This document shows, piece by piece, positions 38,364 through 46,924 of a stretch of 64,000 bases of DNA. The DNA comes from Tenericutes bacterium ADurb.Bin239 (GTDB taxonomy: Bacteria > Bacillota_I > Bacilli_A > RFN20 > CAG-826), in assembly GCA_002069815.1 (NCBI GenBank), contig MWCB01000002.1:4716-68715 (forward strand), written 5' to 3'. Within the stretch, counting starts at the first letter, position 1. Every line of letters starts with the position of its first letter. A program made the position numbers and the translations under genes. The notes under the pieces were generated by a model. The model searched no databases and was not told the origin of the DNA. It saw nothing but the letters and a program-made list of their open reading frames with translations.

Positions 38364-40149
38364 ACTTCCCTTCTAATTCTTTGGTTACATTTTTTACACG
38401 CGGTAATTTTTGGATTTGGTTCATTGAACGATATTTTCGGGCAAAACCAACAGCTTGGCCGTGAGTAAGACCATAAACAGGAATACGCCTTCCAATCAAT
38501 TTTTCCATAATATCTTGCATTATTTTTTGGTTTTCTAAAATATTGACGTACCTAGCATATTGATCAAAGTTAAATTCAATTAATATAATTTCGTGCGAAA
38601 GAGCATATGGTGCACCATTATACAAAACATTTGCGTGTTCGCCAATTTCGGTGTCCATACACATTAGCGCAAGATCATCCCATCTCTCATTTCTTAGAGT
38701 TAACTTCTCATCGCGGTCAGCTAAGGTGAGTATTTTAATAACAGTTTCCTCATCTAACTCAATTGCTTGTCCTTCTTTTATAAGTGGATTAGAATATTCA
38801 ACCTTTTTAGGCACAGGGATGGAGGTTTCTTCTTTTTGTTTTGGTTGTTTGAGTTCAATTTTGGTTTCAAATTCCGGCACATCAGCGGTCTTTTTATCTG
38901 TTTGCGTCATAAAAGGCGGTAATTCAGGCTCATCACTTGCTTGCTCAGGCTTAGATTTTGACACAGTGGACGCAATTTCTTGTTTTTTCGACACAGCGGC
39001 GGCACTTTTTAATGGTTGCGATGGTGTCGTTACTACCTTTTCTATTCCTTTTTCTTCATTAAGTAAAGTAATAATTCGTAGTAAAGTAATTTCGAATATG
39101 TTTTTAATATCACTAGCAAAGCGATAATCAGCTTGTGCTTTTAACAAACTTTCAATCATTATGTTAAGGTCGGTAACAGCAAATAATTCGATTATTTCTA
39201 TTACTTCTGATTCTCGCAAATGGTTTAATAATTCTATATTTTTAGTTCGATAATAGACAAGTGCATCTTTTAACAAATTTAGTAAGTCCATTGTTAATCG
39301 GCGAACATCAATACCTTTGTCGATTAAGTTATTCAAAATTGTAAAAACTTCTTCAACATTACTAGCAGCGATTGCTTTGAGTAAATCAATTTGTTCGAGT
39401 TTACTCGTCAATGCAAACAAAGCGAGAACGTCATCCAATCTCAGATGTTGATGGGCATATGCTAAAACTTGATCTAACATACTTAAGGCATCGCGAACAC
39501 CTCCATCTGCTAGCGAAATAAGCAAATTCAGCGCCTCTTCCTCAAAAGGAATCGCCTCAGTCTTCAAAATTGTTTTTAGACGGTTACTAATATCACGATC
39601 GCTTACCTTTGAAAAATTATAACGCTGACAACGACTTAAAATCGTTGGAATTACTTTATGTGGTTCAGTTGTTGCAAGTATGAAAATAACATTCGATGGC
39701 GGTTCTTCAAGTGTTTTGAGCAGCGCATTAAAAGCGCTTTGAGTCATCATATGGACTTCGTCAATGATATAAACTTTATAACGTCCACGTATAGGAGCAT
39801 AGTTTATATTTTCAATAAGTTGGCGAACGTCTTCAACGCCATTGTTACTAGCAGCGTCTATTTCATAGACGTCTGGATGGGTTCCATCATTAATGCCTTT
39901 ACAATTAATACAACAATTGCATTGTTGCCCAACACCCTCATCACAGTTTAATGCTTTGGCAAATAATTTAGCCATCGTAGTTTTTCCGGTGCCTCGCGGG
40001 CCGCTGAAAAGATAAGCATGCGCCATTTTGTTTTGATTTAAGGCATTTTGCAAAGTGCGGACAATCGCTTTTTGTCCAGCTACTTCGCCAAAAGTTAGCG
40101 GTCGGTATGTTCTATATAGTGCTTTATAACTCATGTAGTAATTATACAA
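38347..40149 (-). CDS. dnaX: DNA polymerase III subunits gamma/tau
   Basis: YLFSGPRGTGKTT is the Walker A motif, CDEGVGQQCNCCINC the Zn module and TTEPHKVIPTILSRCQ sensor 2. Confidence 0.9.
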   Translation of the reverse strand: MYNYYMSYKALYRTYRPLTFGEVAGQKAIVRTLQNALNQNKMAHAYLFSGPRGTGKTTMAKLFAKALNCDEGVGQQCNCCINCKGINDGTHPDVYEIDAASNNGVEDVRQLIENINYAPIRGRYKVYIIDEVHMMTQSAFNALLKTLEEPPSNVIFILATTEPHKVIPTILSRCQRYNFSKVSDRDISNRLKTILKTEAIPFEEEALNLLISLADGGVRDALSMLDQVLAYAHQHLRLDDVLALFALTSKLEQIDLLKAIAASNVEEVFTILNNLIDKGIDVRRLTMDLLNLLKDALVYYRTKNIELLNHLRESEVIEIIELFAVTDLNIMIESLLKAQADYRFASDIKNIFEITLLRIITLLNEEKGIEKVVTTPSQPLKSAAAVSKKQEIASTVSKSKPEQASDEPELPPFMTQTDKKTADVPEFETKIELKQPKQKEETSIPVPKKVEYSNPLIKEGQAIELDEETVIKILTLADRDEKLTLRNERWDDLALMCMDTEIGEHANVLYNGAPYALSHEIILIEFNFDQYARYVNILENQKIMQDIMEKLIGRRIPVYGLTHGQAVGFARKYRSMNQIQKLPRVKNVTKELEGKFDYVE

Positions 40150-40392
40150 TAATTAACATCACTTTGTAGGAATAAGAAAACAAATCTTAAATTGTTTTGA
40201 TGATACAAAGGACCTTAGCTTTTCTTAAATAACGGGACTAATTTAGTTATATCGGTAATTTACCGAATTTAGATGGGAGATTAACATCTTAATTATTACC
40301 ATAAAAACACAAAAATTAATAATAAATGATTTACATTTTTATCGAGAAAGCATAATTGTTTTATTTAAGTTCATTGGCTTATATAATTAACG

Positions 40393-41370
40393 TTGAAAAG
40401 GGGGTATTATTATATGTTTAATTTACAATTAAGTTCAAATAAACAAGCTATTAATTATGATGAATTATATGATTTTATCGCCCTTGGTTTAGGGCCAGCG
40501 GGGCTGAATGCAGGTTTATATGCTGAAAGAAAGGGTCTTAAAACTCTAGTTGTTGGACAAAGCTTAGGGGGTCAATTAGGTAACACGGCGGAAGTTGAAA
40601 ATTATTTAGGTTTTCCGCATATTAACGCTCAAAAACTAATTGCTGAATTTAAAAATCATATTGATGAGTTGGGAGTAACACTTTTAACTAATGTCATAAT
40701 TACGAAAATTGAAAAAAATGATAGCACATTTATTATTTCTTTAAATAATGGCAAAAAGTTGCATGCAAAAACTGTGCTTTATGCTTTAGGGGGTAATCCC
40801 CGAAAATTGGGAGTACCAGGTGAAGATAGATTAGCAGGAAAAGGCGTTTCTTACTGTGTTACGTGTGATGGCCCATTTTACAAAGGCAAAGATGTTGTTG
40901 TTGCTGGAGGAGGTAATAGCGCAATTGATGCTGCTAGAGATCTAGCGCGAATTGCTAATAGCGTAACCGTTATCCAACGCAGTGTGCTTCGAGCGGATAA
41001 GAAAAGTGTCGATAAACTATTAAACCAACCTAATGTTAAAGTTTTATTACAAACCCAAATAATTGAGATTCTCGGCAAAGAAAGGGTCACAGGTGTGCGA
41101 GTTTTTGATAAATCAGCCACAGCGGAAAGAGTTTTTAAGACAGATGGACTCTTTATTGAGATTGGGAATACTCCTAATACCTCACTTTTAGAAAACCTTG
41201 TTGATTTAAATGAAAGTGGAGAAGTCATAGTCAACGATAAACAACAAACAAGTTTAGGCGGATTATTTGCCGCTGGCGATATAACTGCAAATAGTCATCG
41301 TCAGATTATTATTGCCGCGGCTGAAGGCGCTAAAGCAGCGCTTGAAGCAGCTAATTATATAAATAACTAA
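40393..41370 (+). CDS. thioredoxin-reductase-like FAD/NAD(P)H pyridine-nucleotide disulfide oxidoreductase
   Basis: GLGPAGLNAG is the FAD motif, CVTCDG the redox-active CxxC and VAGGGNSA the NAD(P)H motif. The start may instead be the Met at 40414. Confidence 0.75.
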   Translation: MKRGYYYMFNLQLSSNKQAINYDELYDFIALGLGPAGLNAGLYAERKGLKTLVVGQSLGGQLGNTAEVENYLGFPHINAQKLIAEFKNHIDELGVTLLTNVIITKIEKNDSTFIISLNNGKKLHAKTVLYALGGNPRKLGVPGEDRLAGKGVSYCVTCDGPFYKGKDVVVAGGGNSAIDAARDLARIANSVTVIQRSVLRADKKSVDKLLNQPNVKVLLQTQIIEILGKERVTGVRVFDKSATAERVFKTDGLFIEIGNTPNTSLLENLVDLNESGEVIVNDKQQTSLGGLFAAGDITANSHRQIIIAAAEGAKAALEAANYINN

Positions 41371-41386
41371 CAAAGGAGATAAAATT

Positions 41387-42028
41387 ATGGAAAAATTATT
41401 TAATGAAGAAGTGGCAAGCCAAATTAAACAAGTGCTTGATCAAATGAAAAATCCCATTACACTTAAATTATTTATAAAAGGGTCGTGCCCTACTTGTTTA
41501 GAAACAAAACAAGTTTTAGAAGAAACAAAGGCGTTGAGTGATAAAATTACCTTAGTAATACACGACTTAAATAGTGGTGGTGAAGAAGCAAAAAAATATG
41601 ATATTACGATAACTCCGACTTTCGTTATCCTTGATGATAAAGGTGAATATCATGGGGTAAAGTTTAGTGGATTCCCAGGGGGATACGAAATTAACTCCTT
41701 TATTAGTGCACTTTTAGAAATGTCAGGACATCGCCCAAATTTCTCCCAAGAAATCATTAAACGTGTTTCGAATATTAATAAACCTGTTGATATCAAAGTA
41801 TTTGTAACTTTAGGTTGTCCGCACTGTCCAGGAGCAGTCGAAACTGCGCATCGGTTAGCGATGCTTAATAAAAATATCACAGGAGTAATGATTGAGGCCA
41901 CAACTTTTGGTAAATTATCACAAAAATATCACGTTTCAAGTGTTCCAAAGATTGTATTTAATGATAAACGCGAAATTCTTGGTAACCAACCAATAGAAGT
42001 ATTTTTAAATGAAATCGAAAAACTATAG
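41387..42028 (+). CDS. glutaredoxin-like protein disulfide oxidoreductase with two thioredoxin-fold CxxC motifs (PDO/AhpF-N-terminal-domain-like)
   Basis: Two CxxC motifs, GSCPTCLE and LGCPHCPG, are spaced about 110 aa apart. The gene follows the TrxR-like gene with a 16-nt gap. Confidence 0.55.
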   Translation: MEKLFNEEVASQIKQVLDQMKNPITLKLFIKGSCPTCLETKQVLEETKALSDKITLVIHDLNSGGEEAKKYDITITPTFVILDDKGEYHGVKFSGFPGGYEINSFISALLEMSGHRPNFSQEIIKRVSNINKPVDIKVFVTLGCPHCPGAVETAHRLAMLNKNITGVMIEATTFGKLSQKYHVSSVPKIVFNDKREILGNQPIEVFLNEIEKL

Positions 42029-42045
42029 ATTTAACTAAAATTAAC

Positions 42046-42077
42046 AGGCTCCAATCAAATATTAGGGGCCTTTTCTT
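42046..42077 (+). terminator. rho-independent terminator after PDO-like gene
   Basis: AGGCTCC - 12-nt loop - GGGGCCT followed by TTTCTT. Confidence 0.5.
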
Positions 42078-42145
42078 ATGTTTATAAGAAGAAATGATGA
42101 AAAACAGGTAAAATTATAATATAATACGACCGCAAGGATAAATAT

Positions 42146-43219
42146 ATGGAAGATGTATTAAGAAATCGATTAGAAATTACAAAGAAACGTTTAGCTGAAA
42201 TTGATGAGGAGTTGCTCAAACCCGATATCACAAACGATCTTGATTATTTTCGTAATATTTCCGTTGAACGTTCACAAATAGAAGAAGTTGTCCAAAAATA
42301 CAACGAGTATTTAAAGGCCGAACAAGCTTTTGAAGAGGCCTTAATTTTGATGAACGATAAAGATGATGAAATTGCTGATTTTGCAAAAGAAGAACATAAA
42401 ACTTTATCACAGCGACTTCCCGAATTGATTGATGAAATTAGAGTTCTTTTAATTCCAAAGGATCCATATGATGATAAAAACATTGTTGTTGAAATTAGGG
42501 GTGCTGTTGGCGGGGATGAAGCTAACATTTTTGCCGGCGACTTATTTAGAATGTATGTCAAATATGCTGAAAGACAGGGATGGCAAATGCAAGTTCTTGA
42601 TGAAAATAGTAGTGCTGCAGGTGGTTTTTCTCAAATTTCATTTATGATTAAAGGAAAAGGTGTTTATTCAAAACTCAAATATGAAAGTGGTGGACATCGG
42701 GTCCAACGCGTTCCACGTACAGAAGCAAGTGGCAGAATTCATACTTCAGTTGCTACTGTTTTGGTTATGCCAGAAGCTGAAGAAGTTGATGTTGATATTC
42801 GTTCTGAAGATTTAGAAATTGATACTTTTAGATCACAAGGCGCTGGTGGCCAAAATGTTAACAAAGTTGAATCTGCTGTTCGTATTACACATAAACCAAC
42901 TGGCATCAGCGTTGCTTGTCAAGTGGAAAAAAGTCAAATTCAAAACCGCGAAATTGCGATGCGCCTTTTACGCGCTCGTATTTTAGCGGCTAAAGTTGCT
43001 GAACAAGAAGAAAAACTAGGCGCGGAACGGAAACTTAAAATTGGTACTGGCGAACGTAGTGAAAAGATTAGAACTTATAACTACCCGCAAAACAGAGTCA
43101 CTGATCATCGGATTGGTTTTAGTACCTTAAAATTAGACTTAGTTCTTGAAGGAAACTTAGAAGAAATCATTGAAGCACTTGTTCATTTTGACGAACAACA
43201 AAAAATGGTAAATAGTTAA
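42146..43219 (+). CDS. prfA: peptide chain release factor 1
   Basis: GAGGQNVNK is the GGQ motif. It is full length in a single frame and is followed by prmC. Confidence 0.85.
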   Translation: MEDVLRNRLEITKKRLAEIDEELLKPDITNDLDYFRNISVERSQIEEVVQKYNEYLKAEQAFEEALILMNDKDDEIADFAKEEHKTLSQRLPELIDEIRVLLIPKDPYDDKNIVVEIRGAVGGDEANIFAGDLFRMYVKYAERQGWQMQVLDENSSAAGGFSQISFMIKGKGVYSKLKYESGGHRVQRVPRTEASGRIHTSVATVLVMPEAEEVDVDIRSEDLEIDTFRSQGAGGQNVNKVESAVRITHKPTGISVACQVEKSQIQNREIAMRLLRARILAAKVAEQEEKLGAERKLKIGTGERSEKIRTYNYPQNRVTDHRIGFSTLKLDLVLEGNLEEIIEALVHFDEQQKMVNS

Positions 43220-44049
43220 TGTTAACTTTATATACATTAGAACAAAAAACATTAAAATCGTATAATTTTCTCGACAAAAACGATATAAAATTAGCGTTAA
43301 TGCATGCTTATGATATTAAATCATACACTGATTATGTTTTAAAATTACATTTTCCTATCAAAGAAAGAAAAGAGTTTTCAAATATTTTAAAAAGGTTAAT
43401 TAACGGGGAACCAATTCAATATATTTTAGGTGAATCTTATTTCTATGATCGTTATTTCAAAGTTAATAAAAATGTTCTTATTCCTCGAATTGAAACGGAG
43501 GAATTAGTCGATCTTGTTCTTAAGGATATTGATAAAAAGAGCGGAAATTTACTCGATTTAGGAACTGGCAGTGGTGCTATTGCTATTACTATAAAATCTC
43601 ACTCTAAGTTAAATGTTTACGCCAGTGATATAAGTAAAAAAGCTCTCAAGATAGCAATGGAAAATGATAATAACAAGCAAGTTAACTTTGTTCACGGTGA
43701 TTTACTTTTACCGTTTATAAAAAAACGAATTAAATTAGATTACATCGTAGCTAATCTTCCATACATTAATCCTAACGAAGTAGTTGAATCTAAGGTTAAG
43801 GATTATGAACCAACGAAAGCTTTATTTAACACGCAACTTAATATCTTTAAACGACTATTTAAGCAAGTAAATAGACTAGACATTCCTGCAACTGGTTTAT
43901 CAATTTATTTAGAAGTTGGGACTATGCAGGGTAAGGAAATAAGCACAATAGCGTATAAATACCTAGGTGAAAATGTTAAAATTAATGTGTTGAATGATAT
44001 GCATGGTAAGGAAAGATTTGTAGTCATAAAAGATATATATGGAAACTAA
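43219..44049 (+). CDS. prmC: release factor glutamine N5-methyltransferase PrmC (HemK)
   Basis: LDLGTGSGAIA is the SAM motif and VANLPY an NPPY-type motif. Its start overlaps the prfA stop. Confidence 0.85.
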   Translation: MLTLYTLEQKTLKSYNFLDKNDIKLALMHAYDIKSYTDYVLKLHFPIKERKEFSNILKRLINGEPIQYILGESYFYDRYFKVNKNVLIPRIETEELVDLVLKDIDKKSGNLLDLGTGSGAIAITIKSHSKLNVYASDISKKALKIAMENDNNKQVNFVHGDLLLPFIKKRIKLDYIVANLPYINPNEVVESKVKDYEPTKALFNTQLNIFKRLFKQVNRLDIPATGLSIYLEVGTMQGKEISTIAYKYLGENVKINVLNDMHGKERFVVIKDIYGN

Positions 44050-44653
44050 GATTTTTAAACCTAACGAAATTCATTTACTGGCAGATCTTGCAAAAGAAGG
44101 TGCTATTATTGCTTTTCCCACCGAAACAGTTTATGGTCTCGGGGTTGTTTACGATAATGAAGAAGCGTTCAACAATTTAGTGAAAGTAAAAGATCGCAAA
44201 ATCGATAAACCCTTTACCCTAATGCTTGATTATACACGCGATATTGGAAATTATGCGATTTTAAATAACAAAATTACAAATTTAATTGATGTATTTATGC
44301 CAGGCGAACTAACACTAATAATTGAAGCAAAACCAAATTTACCAAAACATGTAACACTAGGTTCAAAATATATTGGAATTAGAGTGAGCGCTAATTATCA
44401 AGTAGCTAATCTTCTTAATTTAGTGGGGAAACCACTTCTTGTTCCGAGTGCAAATAAACGCGATGAGAAGCCAGCCTTAACTTGTGATGAGGTTTATGAA
44501 AATTTCAAAGGCGAGATTGCTGGCATCTTAGAAGGTAAGACAACTTCCCATATTCCGTCAACAATCATCAAGGTGAGTGATAAAATAGAATTAATAAGAG
44601 AAGGAAGTATTCCTTTTAATTTAATCCAAGAAGTATGGGAGGAAGAAGTATGA
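44039..44653 (+). CDS. tsaC: L-threonylcarbamoyladenylate synthase TsaC (YrdC/YwlC family)
   Basis: IIAFPTETVYGLG is the YrdC signature. It sits in the ywlC position between prmC and rpiB. Confidence 0.8.
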   Translation: METKIFKPNEIHLLADLAKEGAIIAFPTETVYGLGVVYDNEEAFNNLVKVKDRKIDKPFTLMLDYTRDIGNYAILNNKITNLIDVFMPGELTLIIEAKPNLPKHVTLGSKYIGIRVSANYQVANLLNLVGKPLLVPSANKRDEKPALTCDEVYENFKGEIAGILEGKTTSHIPSTIIKVSDKIELIREGSIPFNLIQEVWEEEV

Positions 44654-45093
44654 AAGTAGCAATCGGTTGTGATCATGGTGGTTTTGAACATAAAGAAGCA
44701 GTTAAAAAACACCTTGAAAGCAAGAAAATAAAAGTAATTGATGTTGGAACGGATAGCAACGAAAGTGTTGATTATCCAATATTTGGTATTGCCGTCGCAG
44801 AAAAAGTAAGAGATAAAAAAGCTGATTTTGGTATTGTTATTTGTACATCTGGCGAAGGTATTACCATTGCGGCTAATAAAGTTAAAGGTATTCGTGCTGG
44901 TATTGGTTATAATGACGATGTTTCGCGACTTATTCGCGAACATAACAATGCGAACATAATTGGCTTTGGTGGAAGTCAAATGAAAGTAGAAGATGTGCTT
45001 CGCCGAGTTGATATCTTTCTTAACACAAAGTTTGATGGTGGAGAACGTCACCAACGTAGAGTTAAATTAATTAGTGATTACGAAAATAAGTAA
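44650..45093 (+). CDS. rpiB: ribose-5-phosphate isomerase B (RpiB/LacAB family)
   Basis: MKVAIGCDHGGFEHKEAVKKHLE and GICTSGEGI are RpiB motifs. Confidence 0.85.
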   Translation: MKVAIGCDHGGFEHKEAVKKHLESKKIKVIDVGTDSNESVDYPIFGIAVAEKVRDKKADFGIVICTSGEGITIAANKVKGIRAGIGYNDDVSRLIREHNNANIIGFGGSQMKVEDVLRRVDIFLNTKFDGGERHQRRVKLISDYENK

Positions 45094-45133
45094 TACTCGT
45101 TAAATAATTAGTCTTGCTCGCTTACTTATTATT

Positions 45134-46303
45134 GTGCAAGACTTTTTTATTTGCCCTTCGTGTGGTAACGATGATTTAAATAAAACAGGAATTAGAGACG
45201 GTAAATTATATTGTCGTGCATGTTTACCATTTCAAGGTCAAAATGCACCAATTATTAAACATTTCCCACTTAATTTACCAATCACGCTCAATTATGAATT
45301 AACCGCCGAACAAACGCGAATTGCCGAAGAAATAAATAAAAACTACGTAAATAAAACAAACTCTTTAGTATACGCTGTATGCGGTGCGGGTAAAACAGAA
45401 CTGGTTTATTTAGCAATGCAAACGGCGCTCGCTAAAGGTCATCAAATTGGTTTTACAGTACCGAGGCGTGAAGTTGTAATTGAACTTGCCATGCGTATTA
45501 AATCAACTTTTCCTGCCGCTAAAGTTATTAGTGTTTTTGGTGATCACCATGATGTTTTAACAGGGAATATCATTGTATTAACCACCCACCAATTATTTCG
45601 TTATAAAAATTATTTTGATTTATTAATTTTCGATGAGATTGATGCTTTTCCTTATGTTGGTGACTTAGTACTTGAAGCTTTCTTTAAACGAAGCGTTAAA
45701 GGCGTGTACGTTCTACTTAGCGCCACTCCTAGTCAAAAATTATTAACGGAGTTTCCTAAACAAGGGAAAGTGTTAACATTATTTACTAGATTTCATAATA
45801 ATAAAATCCCTGAACCTAAAGTTAGCAGGGGATTTCTCCTTTTTAACTTCGTGTTATTACTCAAGCATCTATCTTTATTCATTAAAAGCAAGAAACCAGT
45901 GTTAATATTTGTTCCTACGATTAGACTGGCCAATTTTATTTATAAACTTCTAAAACTTGATTATAAGAATGGCAATGTTGTTCATTCCAAAATTAAAGAT
46001 AACTCAAAGATTATTGATGATTTTAAGAAAGGTAAATATGTCTATCTAGTGACGACAACAGTGTTAGAAAGAGGGGTGACAATTAAAGGTTTACAAGTAA
46101 TAATTTATAACGCAGATCATCCAGTGTATGATGCCGCTAGTTTAGTACAAATATCAGGACGAGTTGGGCGGAAAAAGGAGGAAAGTGATGGCGAAGTTAT
46201 TTTCATCGTTACCAGAGAAAATAAAGCGATTAAAGACGCAATCAGTGATATTAAAGCCAAAAACGAATATTTGCAAAGTATGCTTCAAAAGTATTCATCC
46301 TAA
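45134..46303 (+). CDS. comFA: competence helicase ComFA-like (DEAD-box superfamily 2, N-terminal zinc finger)
   Basis: Zn finger CPSCG...CRAC, Walker A AVCGAGKTE and a DEID box (LIFDEID). The only in-frame start ahead of these motifs is a GTG at 45134 with no clear RBS. Confidence 0.7.
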   Translation: MQDFFICPSCGNDDLNKTGIRDGKLYCRACLPFQGQNAPIIKHFPLNLPITLNYELTAEQTRIAEEINKNYVNKTNSLVYAVCGAGKTELVYLAMQTALAKGHQIGFTVPRREVVIELAMRIKSTFPAAKVISVFGDHHDVLTGNIIVLTTHQLFRYKNYFDLLIFDEIDAFPYVGDLVLEAFFKRSVKGVYVLLSATPSQKLLTEFPKQGKVLTLFTRFHNNKIPEPKVSRGFLLFNFVLLLKHLSLFIKSKKPVLIFVPTIRLANFIYKLLKLDYKNGNVVHSKIKDNSKIIDDFKKGKYVYLVTTTVLERGVTIKGLQVIIYNADHPVYDAASLVQISGRVGRKKEESDGEVIFIVTRENKAIKDAISDIKAKNEYLQSMLQKYSS

Positions 46304-46868
46304 CTTTAACGACTTATTGCTTGATACTCATGTGTGTCAAAAATGTTTTACTGATTTAGATGCCAAATTTGATGTTTCAAAAATTGACGGGATAACGTAT
46401 ATTAGTCTTTTTAATTATGATGAACACTTTAAAACATTACTTTTTCACTTGAAAGGTTTAAAAGATATTGTATTAGCCCCGCTTTTTATCGAAAGATTTG
46501 TGTTTTACTTGCGGCTAAGATTTATTAATTATTATTTAGTGCCCGCGCCATCAACCAAAGAAAGCGACGAAGAACGTGGCTTCAATCATGTCATTGAAAT
46601 ATTTAAACCGTTAAAAAAACATTTTTTACTAATTATTTTCAAAAAAGCAAATTTTAAGCAAAGTGAATTAAATTACGCAAGTAGGCAAAAAGTAAAAGAC
46701 AATTTAGTTGTTGTGGATGGGCATAAAGTAAAAGATAAAAATATCTTAATTGTGGATGATATTAAAACAACGGGCGCAACAATCAGAGCCATAATTGATT
46801 TATTAATACCATATAAACCACGAAAAATAGTGGTCTTGACCTTAGCGAAAACAACCTTAAGCGAGTAA
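46188..46868 (+). CDS. comFC: competence protein ComFC (zinc finger + phosphoribosyltransferase domain)
   Basis: Zn finger CKVCF...CQKCF and the PRTase motif ILIVDDIKTTGATI. The ATG at 46188 has a strong AAGGAGG RBS and overlaps the comFA 3' end by about 116 nt. Confidence 0.7.
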   Translation: MAKLFSSLPEKIKRLKTQSVILKPKTNICKVCFKSIHPNFNDLLLDTHVCQKCFTDLDAKFDVSKIDGITYISLFNYDEHFKTLLFHLKGLKDIVLAPLFIERFVFYLRLRFINYYLVPAPSTKESDEERGFNHVIEIFKPLKKHFLLIIFKKANFKQSELNYASRQKVKDNLVVVDGHKVKDKNILIVDDIKTTGATIRAIIDLLIPYKPRKIVVLTLAKTTLSE

Positions 46869-46924
46869 CTATCATATTTTTGTAGAAAATATGGTAAACT
46901 TTTATAGGTACATGATAAAAAGGA

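Noticed and set aside
38092-39127. Plus-strand ORFs of 94 and 158 aa
   Set aside because: They lie antisense to ybaB and dnaX. They are Ser/Cys-rich low-complexity translations of the reverse strand.
40150-40392. Expected SRP RNA (scr/ffs) upstream of dnaX, by Bacillus synteny
   Set aside because: No GGUGCUGUUU...AGCAGCC-type conserved SRP domain IV sequence is present, and the region is AT-rich promoter DNA.
44494-45054. 186-aa minus-strand ORF
   Set aside because: It is antisense to tsaC and rpiB, both of which have clear family motifs.
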